Below, piece after piece: positions 24,526 through 37,791 of a stretch of 64,000 bases of DNA. The notes below the pieces were generated by a model that was not told where the DNA came from, searched no databases, and saw only the letters and a list, made by a program, of their open reading frames with translations. How positions within the stretch are numbered: position 1 is the first letter of the stretch; every line of letters begins with the position of its first letter. This DNA comes from Octopus vulgaris (Eukaryota). The DNA lies in contig OX597833.1 in NCBI GenBank assembly GCA_951406725.2, positions 34,534,001 through 34,598,000 of the forward strand, written 5' to 3'. The position numbers and the translations under genes are program-made.

Positions 24526-27500
24526 GTAAGAGTTTCTTAACTTTTCTGTTATTTTCTACCTTCAAGTACTTTTAATATTGTAGAATTTATAATATAATTA
24601 GTATTGCCATAGTTTCTTTGCATACATCTAGTTTTTGTTTGGTTTATATTTCCAAATTTTCATATTTTGTGCTATTTATTTACATGGCTCTCTAAATATT
24701 TTTGCATGAATTTGAAAACAAAGTCACTGAAAGCATAAATTGTCTACAAATATTGTCGGTCTTTCATACCCCTTCTACCATTAAAATATAAGAACAATCT
24801 TTAAACAGTAGCTTGTTGCATCTCGGATCAAAACAGTTCTTTCTACATACCTCTATTTAACTGGAGACTAGTTAATAAAACCTTCAACGAAATTTATTGG
24901 TAATTCATTGACTTCGTATCAAGGGAGATATTTATTTAACTTTCGCTGACGCAGTAGGAACTTACGATAGCTCATGACACCTTGTAATTCGTAAAAATAA
25001 AAGTACCTTTTAACAAGGAAATATCAATTTCCTTTGAAATGACTTAAAAGTTAATGCGATTTGGCCGTCTTAAGTAAAGATAATTCAATCTGTCGTTTGT
25101 TTGTTAAATGTTATGCATGAGAAACCAATAGTTTTCAGATATCCTCATACAAACTCCGTTGGTAACTCAGATTTATCCATCTTCACCCCAAGGCAGTGGG
25201 ATATCTAAGATACTGACCCAAGCGTCAGTATCTCAGATATCTCACCTCGGTACATCAGTACTTCTGGTCTCCCACCTTCTCTTTATTAGCACCTTAGTTA
25301 TCTCTACTATCATTACTTTCAATATTCTGCATTCCATACTCAAACTAGTTCGGGTATCAACCAAAGATGTCACCATCTTCACTACATCAGTACTTCCCGA
25401 TATAGATATACATTGCATCAGTACCCTCGGATATCCACTTCACATAATCCATGTATCAGGTATCTTATTGAGATTCTCAACCCCAATACACTAATATCTT
25501 AGGTATCCCCGCCATACATCAATACCTGATGTATCTCCACCGCATCAGTACCTCACATATCTACTGTTTCACTTGTATTTCAGCTAACTTCTACCGTAGC
25601 TATTTCTTTGCTGAGTAATGAGTAATGACTAAATGATTGTACTGTGTTGATCAAGAAAATTCTATAGAGACACCCATTCTGAAAGTGTTGTTATATAGTT
25701 AAAACTACACATTGCCCCTATTTTCAACTTTGTTTCTTGATAATTTTCTGAAAAATGCACATCTTTAAATGAAATATTGCAGATACTTTTTCAGTGGTAC
25801 AGATCTCAAGGAGTTTTGGATCATTCTCTCTCCTGATTTTTGCTTTCTCTACAGAATAACATTTTGTAGAAATACGTTTTTGAGAGTGTAAATTATGTAA
25901 TGGAGTGTGGAAGAATACGATCCAATCTCTTCCCTCTAATTTTTTCCCCTAAATGTTATCAACAAAATTATAAATGTATACCCCCAAAAATATATTTTTT
26001 GCAAAATTTCACTAAAAATGTACATCTTGTAGGAAGTTATGAGGTCATAAAATGGCGTGTGGGGAGCTCTAGTTATGATACAATATGATTGCTTTTACAA
26101 TATAATAAACTTATTTCTTTCAGGTGTTTTTGCACGTTTAAAGTCCATAACAACACCATTGAAAGTAAAATTAAAATTGGCGAAATATTTATGGATCTCC
26201 GAGTCGGTCATTATACCAAATAAGACTGAAGTCCTGTTCGATTTTATTGCTGGATTGCTGGTGAAAAAGAAAAGGTAAAAAAAAATCAATAAGTTTCATC
26301 ATCATCATCATTTAACGTCCATCTTTTCAGATAGTTTTCAGATATCCTCATCCCAACTCCGTTGGTAACTCAGATTTATCCATCTTCACCCCAAGGCAGT
26401 GGGATATCTAAGATACTGACCCAAGCGTTGGACAGTTTGACTGAAACCTGGTAAGCTTGGGAGCTACACCAGGTTCCAGTCTGATTTGGTATAGTTTCTA
26501 CAGCTGGACGCCCTTCCTAATGCCAGCCACTCGAAGAGTGTAGTGGGTACATTTTACATTCCATTAGCATGGGTGCCAGTTACATAACACTGGCATCAGC
26601 TATGACTATGATCTCACTTGGCTTGACAGATCTCAAGTATATTGCCAAAGGCCTCAGTCACCTGTCATTGCCTCTTAAAGCCCAACGTTCAAACAGTGCT
26701 TTTTATGTGCCACCTGCATGGGTGTCAGTTACGTGATACTGGCATCGGCCACAACTATGATCTCACTTGGCTTGATGGTTCTTCTCAAGCAAGGTATATC
26801 AAAAGAGGTCTCAGTCACTTGCCATTGTCTCCATGAGGCCCAACATTCGAAGATCACGCTTCACTACCTTGTCTCATGTCTTCCAGGGTCTGCCTCTTCC
26901 ATAGGTTCCTCCCCACTGTTAGAGTTTGGCACTTCTTCACACAGCTGTTCTCGTCCATACACATCACATGACCATACCAGCACACCACGTCTGATGCCTC
27001 TTATGCCCAACCTCTCTCTCAAGATGCTTACACTCTGTTGTGCATGCACACTGACATTACACATCCAGTGAAGCATACTAGCTTCATTTCTTACAAGCCT
27101 ACGCATGTCCTTGGTGGCCACAACCCATGTTTCACTGCCGTGTAGCATAGCTATTTGCACACAGACATCATACAGTCTACCTTTCACTCTGAGAGAGAGG
27201 CCCATTGTTACCAACAGGGACAGAAGCTCTCTGAACTTTGCCCAGCCTATTCTTATTCTAGCATCCACTCCCACTACTGACTTGGCCACCTCAGTAACAG
27301 AAGCTATCAACTACTTCTAGATATCCTCACTGGCATTTGATGGAGTCTATTTTCTGTACATTTTTAATGTATATTGTACCTGTGCACACACAAAGACTAT
27401 TTTCCCAGTTAACCTTCCTCTGATATTGTTGCACCACTTATGTGTCCATAGATTACACAAGGTACATCTTATGGAGTTTCTGCTTACACCTTTACAGATT

Positions 27501-30500
27501 GAGCAGGGCTACGTACCTGAAAAGATTTGTGATTTGTCTGCTCTTCTACTCACTAAGACTTTAGGTTTTGCTAGATTAACTCTAATTCATTGATTCATTA
27601 TTAATTCTCTGTATTTTTCCCTAATTAACCAAATTCCTTTGGTGTTTCATAACTTCAAAATGGTTTGTTTTATCTATGTTGTATTAAGTTTTAAGGGTAC
27701 ATCTTTAATATCTATTTTTAATTTACTTGTCTTATGATGATATGTTGACCATCTCATTCAATTTTGTGTAATAGTTACATGATAAGGATTCATGACAACA
27801 GTGTTGCTATGAACTGATTTACTTACCTATAGTTGGTCTCTATCCAGAATTGCATGAAAAGAAAAAGATGGTACTTATGCATGTATAGATTCCACTCTGC
27901 CTATCATTCCTCTTCTGTATATCAGCAATAAGAACTTCCAATTACTCTAACACAACGTTTCCCTCCTCACTCCTCTATATACTTCTTTGACGATATCTCT
28001 TCCTCCTTTAAAGATATTGCTTTCACCTCAATCCTCTTGGAAGTAACTACCCTCTGTGACCTCAACACTTGAAACTCTTCTTTGCTCCACGCTCGTCCTA
28101 TATTGATGCTGCTTGTGAAGAAGCCAAATCTTTTGTAGTCCTCAACTCTGCATTTAGTTTATTTTTCCTCTGCATCACTTCCAGTCTGATACATAATAAA
28201 CCCCAAACATGCTTCATCTCTATCTCCTCTCCCGATCAGCTTTTGCTAATCCATGGCTGCCTCTGCATCTGTTGGGATGTTTGATCACTGTGTTACACTG
28301 TATTATCACCAATGTCCACCATATATCACACTGTTAAAACCTTCAAGGTCATTACGAATACTAGGTCTCACCATCTGATTATATCTCCTAGCAAACATAC
28401 ATCCTCAACATAACAAATGCAGCATCACAAAGACTGTTCTTCCTCTTCAGCTCTAGAAAATACTTTAGGTCTAATAACAGCTAAATCTCAACAAAACTCA
28501 GTTGAGGACCATGGAGAGTATTACTGACACATCTAGGACGATTCTGCTGCTGAATGTGTCCAAAAAAGAGATCACCCAACTGATTGGCTTGAAGTCACTC
28601 ACTAACATGCTTCAATATCTAGCCCACAGACATGCTGTCTCATCTACTTTTTCTACCACTATTACATTGGCCTCTGTTCTTCATTACTGGTTAGTCTTGT
28701 GTCATTTCTACACAAACACTCCTGATTTATTTGTCTCTTCTCATCTTTTACATTGTGGCCACCTATTCTACCTCTTTGCCAATCTTTTCTTCCCAAAATA
28801 CCAGCCTTCCGAAAATCTCTCCTTAGCTTTTTTTTTTCTGCAGCCATCAGTTTGCAAAAGAAATATTGTGTTGATCTTACTGATTTTGGAGGGCCTTGAA
28901 GGCCATAGTACAAGCCATGTCTCAAGACCAAACCAATAAAAAAATGATGTACAATGAACAACTGTTAAGATCTGAGTTTAATTGGGCCATCTCTGGGCAA
29001 GTGTTTTCTGCTATTGCCCTGAGCTGACCAAAGCCATATAGAGTGGATATGGTAGATGGAAACGAAGAAGCATGTTGTGTATATATAAGTACATATGTGT
29101 GTTTTACTGTCTCCTTGCCATGACATTGTATAATAGCTGTAAACAAATATCTCTGTCACACAAGTAGTATTGTCTATTTCCAATCCTCCATGAAAACTTG
29201 TCTATCACTGGGAAATATTATCTTATTTGTAAACAGATGAGGAATGGCAACAGGAAGAACACTCACTGGTATATAAATCTACCTCAACAAAATTCCATTT
29301 GACCCATGCAGGCATGGAAAAATAGATGTTAAAATGATGATATTATTTTCTATTGGTGTGTTCTTTTAGAATCAGATTCTCTTAAATTTCAACTTGATGT
29401 TACTACAATCACATTTTTAAGGTATTTAAAAAAATATTCTTGCCATAAATAGTAATTCATATTTCTGTATTTGCTATGGAAGCACACTTTTTAGCTAGTT
29501 ATTCTGTAATAATTTTGAATGCAATGTCAGATTTCAGTTACCTTACCGTTCAGTCAGTAGTTAAAATGTTGGGATAGCTAATTTGTTCATTGTAATTACT
29601 TTCTTCTTATCAATGTGTTCAATTATAATAGTAATGATATAGTCTTCTTTGTTATAATAATAATGTTATATTCTTATTTGGTTATGCTGCATAATCCTGT
29701 GCAGTATCGTCTGGGACTTGAGCTTTTGTAATTTTGTTGTTGGTTTCTGACTTACCAGTAAAGTATTCAGTATTGTTGGTTCAGTGCCTGTTCAGCTGTG
29801 ACTAAACAAACCTATGATCAAAGTGTTCCAACCACGACCATGTCTTTTTGGTTATCCAAGATTATATTGTCCAAAATGTTAATTTTTTTTCCAATGCTAG
29901 GGTGTGGTTTGAAGGGATTCTGCTTAACTATCATATGTGAACTGATCAATAAGTATCCAGACTGTTGCCATAGTAATGAAGCTAAAGCACACAGAGTGAA
30001 GCCGCTTGGCACAGATTGACCTTGAACTCTGCTGTGTATGCATACTAAGTTTTAACATTCTAACTCACTTCTGCTATTTACTGCAGTGCTTGGAAGGAAG
30101 GTGTGTAGTGTGTGATCGTCACATTGACCATGACAGAGAAAGTTGAACAGAGAATCTGCATCAAATTTTGCCAAAAGTTTGGTAATACCTGCAAAGTTTT
30201 CATTGTTTTCGACACAGTCAAGGAGATCTTGTGCAGCTGAAACCTGAGTGTCTTTTTGCTCAGCTGAAAGCAGTTTGGACACAAACTTGACAGACATGTC
30301 TTGTCTCATACCCAAATCTCCAATGATAATGGACTGAACTGAATTGTAACTAATCTGCACATCCTCTGATAACTCACAGATGGTGATTTGACGTTTTCGC
30401 CTCACAGCCACTTGCACATCTGTGATGTTTTTCTCAGGTCAGTTCTGCTGGTTGCGGGTCTCCCAGAACGTTTGTCAATATCTACATTTTTTTGGCTGTC

Positions 30501-32150
30501 TTGAAAACGTCTGAACCACTTGTACATTTGTGTGCTGCTCATACACTCCTCTCTATACACTTTCTGCAACTTTACATAGGCCTCTGAGCAGATCTCGCCA
30601 TGAAAACTTCCTCTGTCATGGTCAATGCGACAATCACATGCTACATGCCTTCCTTTCAAACACAGCTGTAAATAGCAGAAGTGAGCTAGAACATTAAAAC
30701 TTAGTGCATGTGCACAGCAGAGTTCACAGTCAATCTTTGCCAAGCAACTTTGCTCTGCATGCTTTAGCTTCGTTACAATGGCAATAGTCCGGATACTAAT
30801 TGATCAGACCTCATATAGAAGCTCCTTGGTGACTCAAAATATTCACTGCCTTGACACAGGTGGGCAAACTTAATATTTGCCATCACCAACATTTGGTAGT
30901 TTCTGGGAATATTTTAATTTCTTCTTATAGAACAAGCTTGTCTGATGAAGATTTTGAAGCCATATGGCAATGCCTGGAATGGCTTCTACTTACAAAGAAA
31001 ATGCAGCGACGGTTATCCAAGAAACAGGCTGTTATTCTGAAACCATCTTTCAGCACTGTGAGTATTTGTTGTCTCTTTATTTATTTTCATATTAATTTTT
31101 ATTGTAAAATTTTCATTTTCTTTTTGTTTATTGACATTGTTCTTTTTTTACAGATACATATAACAGTGTAAGCTAATTCTTACCAAATCATAATGATTTA
31201 CAGGGCCATTGCTGAACTCTCATTCAGCTTTGTGCAGATGAAAAACGTGTCTTTTCTGTATAGGTTGGTGGTTTGTTGGAAGTAGCTTTCACTTTGAAAC
31301 AAATTTAATTCAACACTGCAAACCAGCAAAAGACTATAATGTCTACAGTTGTTGAAGTATTCATGGATGTTTCACCCAGTTGGAATATTTATATTTCTCA
31401 CTACAAACTGTGTGTGCACTATTGGACAACACCATTTGTTGTCCAATCATTGAAGTTAGCCATCATCAAACCTAGTTCTTATATTGGTGATTGCTTTGGG
31501 AATCCATGTACTGTAAACATCTAATTTTGGTCAACAATTAGAAACAATATAGGGCAGAGGAAAGTTTTTAGAGTTGCTGGGAGCCTGACAATCTCTCTTG
31601 TGCTAGTGCTTTGCTAAATGCACTCAGTATGTTCTGTACAGTGATTGGCAACAGGAATAACATTTAAAACCTGCCAAATATTGGATGTACAAGCAAGACA
31701 TGGCTCCCAACCTGTCTGAGAGGACAGTAACTATGAAGAACTGATTCAGTTCATGATGATCCATTAAACCCATGCCAGCATGGAAAAGCAGTGGTTTCAG
31801 GTTCAGTCTCACTGCGTGTGCTGTGATCAACTGTCTTCTACTATAGCTCTGGGCTGACCAGAGGCTTGTGAGGGGATTTGGTTGATGGGAACTCAAAGAA
31901 GCCTGTTGTATGCATGTGTCCTTGTCTGGACATCATGCGATAGTTATATATTGAACATTGCATCATACTAACGATATCATTTGTTTCCAGCTTTTTATGA
32001 AAAATGTCTGGCCATGGGAAAATATTACCTTGTTTGGAAATAGGTGGGAGTTGGTGACAAGACAGGTATCCAGCCCTAGAAAATCTGCCACAATGAATTT
32101 TGTCTGATTCGTATAAGCTTGGGAAGTGGACATTAAAACACTGATGGGGT

Positions 32151-32194
<44 letters not shown>

Positions 32195-34368
32195 AAAATT
32201 ATGAAACTAGTAAACTACAGGCTTAGGTAATGCTTTTAAAATAATTTGTTCTTAGGCATAAAATAGTCTAGCCTGGTGCCATTATCTTACATGCCACTCA
32301 TATTTGTCTCCTTCTGGAAATCTGTTTCCATTTCCCTACTCTCTCTTTTCATGTTTATCTTCATCTACAGATTTTTAAAAGTTCAAATTCAATATTTAAC
32401 TTATACAGTGTCTCTTTCTCCTCCTCTGTATTTCTGTTCTTCTTCAGACAAAACAAAATATATAAACATTTCTTATATTCTTTGCAGATATTAAATTTCA
32501 GCTTGGCTAATGTGTCCCAAAATAAATTGAAGTACTCAGACAGTGTGATGGCTTGCTGTAAGTTGTTGTTGTCATCTCCAGCCTTGTCCTACCTTTTTAC
32601 CTCAAACATTGAAAACATGGTAGGTATCAGCAATATTCTTTTACACAAATATTTCTCAGTCCTGTAACACCTATTGTTTAAAATTTTTAATGCTTTAAAT
32701 TCAGTGCTTCTGCGGCAAGAAAATGATGAGATTGAAAGCTTGGATGAGCTCGCAGGATACTTTACATTTGAACATTATTATTGTATGCAAGCAGTTTAGT
32801 ATCTGGCAATTGTTGCAGAATTATTGACATCTGAATAATATATATAGCACATACAATATGTGCTATAATAATGTTTGCATTATTAGAGCTGCTCATAATT
32901 CATAATTTAATTTTGTTTTCCTTGTGCGGTGCTGTTGCACATCAGCAGATAGACTGTACTATTTGCATATATACCACAAATCAGCCATTGTAGTCACTTG
33001 AATACATGGTGCTGGGAAGCTGAAAAGCAGCAAAATATCGATATCCACTGTTCTCAATTGCTTACAGGGCAAGTTGTCTTGCCTAGTTTGAGATATTTAG
33101 TGTTTTTCAACACTTGGCATCTTGAAGGGACATTTCCCATGATGCTGTCTTGCAGTCAAGGAGCTCATAAACACCTGTAAGTATGTAGGCTGACTGTGCT
33201 TCAACATTACCTTCAGGGAACGGTTAATGATATTGGCACCAAATACTTGACTGGTTACTTTATTAATCTTAGAAGAATGAAAGGACAAATCAGTCTAGGT
33301 AGGATTTGAATTCTGCATGTAAAGAGATGTAACCAAATACCTTAAGACATTTTGTACAATATTCTACAGATTCTGACATCCACAGCCTTCTGTGTTAGTT
33401 TGTTTGTCAGAATGTATATGAATGTATATATATATGATTGCCTATGATAGCTTTATTGTATAAGCAAGTGTATATGTAAATACGTGTTTAGATGTAAGAA
33501 GTAGTTTGTATGTGAGAGTGGAAAAGGGCAAATGCTATAGTGCTTGTATATAAGTGAATAAGATTATATGGTTTAAAGTAACATAAATCTGTTTGTTTTT
33601 TTTTACTTCAGGTTAACCTTTTGTCTGCTGTGAGCAGCATAAGTCTGCAACAACTTGCTACAACTGGTCACATGGAGCAACATATTGACGACTTGTTAAC
33701 TAATCTGATTAAGTCTTTCTGTGACTGTCAAAAAATTAGTTGTAACCAAGGCCAGGTAAAGAGGCTGACTTATTCCTTCTTTGCTAATGTTGTCATCACT
33801 TCAATCAACTTCATAATTTCTACCACAACTAACACCACCTTACCAACCACCACCACCTTCATTGTTTTCCCTTCCACTAGTACTACCATCATCATCATCA
33901 CATCATTCTTAAACTACTACCACCAGTACTACCACTATCAGTACCACTACTTCTTCAGCTACAACACCACCACCACTATCACTACTACAATCATTACCTT
34001 GCCACTGCCTTTTTTTTGCCCCTGCACGACTATTATCGCCATCATCATCATGGTTTCTGTATTATTGCCCACCAGCAGCAGTATCACAATTGCTATTGTT
34101 TCTGTCATCATCATCATCATCACAGTAAAGGATTATTTACAAAATTACCAAACTCATGTCGGTATGTTAAAAGATACTCTCTTTCTCTTTACTTTTTTAC
34201 TTGTTTCACTCATTTGACTGCAGCCATGCTGGAGCACTGCCTTTAGTCAGACAAGTTGACCCCAGGACTTATTCTTTGTAAGCGTAGTACTTGTTCTATC
34301 AGTCTCTTTTGCCGAACTGCTAAGTTATGGGGACGTAAACACATCAGCATCAGATGTTGGGGGAACAA

Positions 34369-34433
<65 letters not shown>

Positions 34434-37400
34434 CATATATACAACGGGTTTCTTTCAGTTTCCGTCTACCAAATCCACTCACAAGGCTTTGGTCGGCCTG
34501 AAGCTCTAGTAGAAGACACTTACCCAAGGTGCCACGCAGTGGGACTGAACCCGGAACCATGTGGTTGGTAAGCAAGCTACTTACCACACAGCCACTCCTG
34601 CACCTATGTGAAACAATATTAATGTTATCAATATTTTTCACATTTTGTGCTTTCCTTTGCTGAAATGATTATGACAATCAGCAGTTTACTGAATCATCTC
34701 TTTTCAAAATGTCTGTGTTCTTTGTTAAAGTTAATTAACATGTTTTATATTTCTTGCACCATGTTTATGTTGGGTTACTTTTGATCATTTTGATATTGAC
34801 ATATTGCTGGAACAAATACTTTTAACTGTTGGCTGTTCTTCCTAAATCACTCACAATGCATACTTAGGGGAAGCATGGATGTAAAATGGCAGGGAAAATG
34901 TGTGGCAATGTATATTAACTGCATAATGAAATCCATACTGTTGTATGTGTATGTGGTTGACTATATAATTAAATCTATAACATGATTTTCATTTGAGTAT
35001 CCAAATGAATACTAATCATTCTCAGTGAATGGGAATGGAAACTTATGTATTGAACAATAGGTCAAACCTCTTGCTGGTTGGACACCTCTGTTTGGTCCAT
35101 GAATGCTTTTGTTGAGGTCAACTCTCTGAAGCATTTGGACCAGACTCCAGTTCCCTATTTGCCTACTATTTTTCTGTAGATGTTCAGCTATATTGACCTC
35201 ATCAATCTGGGAAAGCCTACAAAGGTCTTTGAATGCTGCCCCTCCTTCACTGATTAACTGATGAAAAAAAAAGACTCAGAGAAGTCAAGTGAGATTGTCT
35301 TTTCAGGTGCTCTAAAAAATAAAATTGATTGCCTTCAGATGAATAAATTTTACAATGTGAGATTCATTATCTTAGAACCAAATCCACATGGCTTTTTTTT
35401 TTTTATTGCTTATCATTTAAAATGTCAGAAGTTGTCATGCCATGTGATATCAAGTTAGATGAGTTTGTTGCTAGGCAACAATCTCATGTTTAAATCTGAG
35501 TTGTGGAATGAACAGTGTGTCTTCCAGTGAATTTTCTCTCTTAATACAAGCCTGTTGATATTGCTATGTGTAGGTATTTTTATCTGAACCAAATTCAGAG
35601 TATAAATTCTTTCTTTTGGGATAGATGTCACTATTTTACAGTATACATTTCATGATTGAGTGGTTAGCAAGTGGGACAGTGCAAACATGTCAATTTACTC
35701 CCTAACTACTGGATTTATGCTAACATAGAACTTGTGTTATAAACTGAAATAGATTTTGTCTGAAAGTGAGGAATTATCATTTTTATACATTGATTTATTC
35801 AGACTATTGTCCTAATCAAGAATTAAATTTAAGGCTTCTATTTTCCATTAGCTATGGGATAATAATATAGTCACTATTTTCTTTTCATTGCTTTTGCAGT
35901 TTCCTATGATTCCCTGTCGCCATCCATTTTTTATTATGAGTTTCAATTGGGTGCTTGAGTCATTGTGAATCATTCATTAGCTGATTACACAATCATGGAC
36001 ACCACCCTTATAGATGCATTGCAGTTACTATCTTGATAGAGCTTGGTGATCCTGGCCGTTGATCTTCTGGGATTCTTCTGCTCATAATCAATGTAAGAAG
36101 CACTGTTGGCTCAGTTGAGCTCTTCCACTACCTCTTCACACTCTACCATGCTGCAGTCCCATGACTTTGCTGTACCGCTGGCAGGGTGGCTGAATGGTTG
36201 CATTGCCTTGCCAAAGGGCAGCTGTAACTATGCAATATAAGTATTGGTTAAGGGCAATAGTTTATTTAGCGGGTATGAATTCAGTTTCTAGTTTAGTGTA
36301 TCTATCTATATACTCTAGTTTAAGCAGAATGAGCAAGCAACATTAGAGCTAACTAACAACTAATATCCCAAACAGGGACAAGGAAATGAGAACAATCTAG
36401 TCTCCCATGTTCTGAATAAAGGGTTTAGTTTGGAATTCCAAGAATATTATCAAATTCAACAACATCTGAAGTAAGCTGGAGGGCACAACGTGACTAACAA
36501 TCAAAATGAGGAAATTCATCATCATCATTTTAATGTCCACTTTTCCATGCTCCCATGGATCAAATGGAATTTGTTGAGGCAGATTTTTCTATTGACAGAT
36601 ATCCTTCCTGTTTCCAAGTAAGGTGATATTTCTACATGAATGTCTTCATGGAAAATTGGAAATGAAGACACCACTTGCATGACAGTGTCACTTGCTTTTG
36701 CAACTGTCAAAGCAAGGAGACGACAATACATACACACACACACATTTCTATATACATTAAGGACTTATTTCAGTTTCTGTCTTACAGATCCATTCACAAG
36801 GCTTTGGTTGCCCTGAGGCTATAGAATACCCTTGCTCAAGGTGTCAGGCAGTGGGACTGAACTTTGAACCATGTGGTTGGGAAGCAAACTTCTTACCTAA
36901 CAGCCATATCTATAAAATTAGTTCAAATAAATCTATGTATAATAGTTGTAAATAGTATTTAAAATATAAATGATTTTTGTAAAACAAGATATATCCCTGC
37001 CCAGTTTCTTGAATTTTCATTCTCAAATCAGATTTTCTTTTCTTCCCCTCTTTACAGGTTCTTAAGTTGTTCTGCAATAAATTATTTCAATCTGTACTAA
37101 TTCTCCGATATAAATGTCAACACCATTCTGATTACAACCACATTTCATGTTTACTTGATGAGATGATAAAAAATACTGTTTTTAACAAGTAAGTGAATAT
37201 AAGTTAAGATTTCTTTTTCTAAGAAAGTTTGTTGTTTTCATGCTGCCTTGAAAAAATTCCTCATAGTTTCATATATGTTTTATTTTTTTCAGAGATCAAA
37301 GATTATTTTTCAGGAAATTGCAAAAACAGAGTGCTGCAACTAATATTTTAGAATCCAAGTCTGGGCTAATTCAGCTGTTTACAATAATGAAAGAAGCTAT

Positions 37401-37760
37401 TACTGGAACTGTAAGATATTTATATATTCATTTTAACCCAGCTGTAATATTCTTCCTGTTTTACGTTCAAACTTGCCAGATCTGGCCTCTCACACCTACC
37501 CAATATTTGTTATTCTAACTGTAAACAGCCACATCATTGAAATCTGAAAGCTACAACATAATACACAAGTAATTCAAAATAATGTGAATAAATAAGCTTT
37601 ACATTTGACTGAGTAATCTTAATGCTAAAAGGTTAATAGACATATTGTGTGGCTAGGAAGTTCAGCTTGCAACCAACATGGTTCTCAGTTCCCTGTGCAG
37701 AATCATGCAACAGAGTTTTCTGTCCATGTTGAAGATAAAAACTGTACAGAAGCCTGGTTG

Positions 37761-37791
<31 letters not shown>

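Noticed and set aside
33621-34217. 198-aa ORF as a separate gene
   Set aside because: It is URB2 exon 5 read through its donor into a trinucleotide tract.
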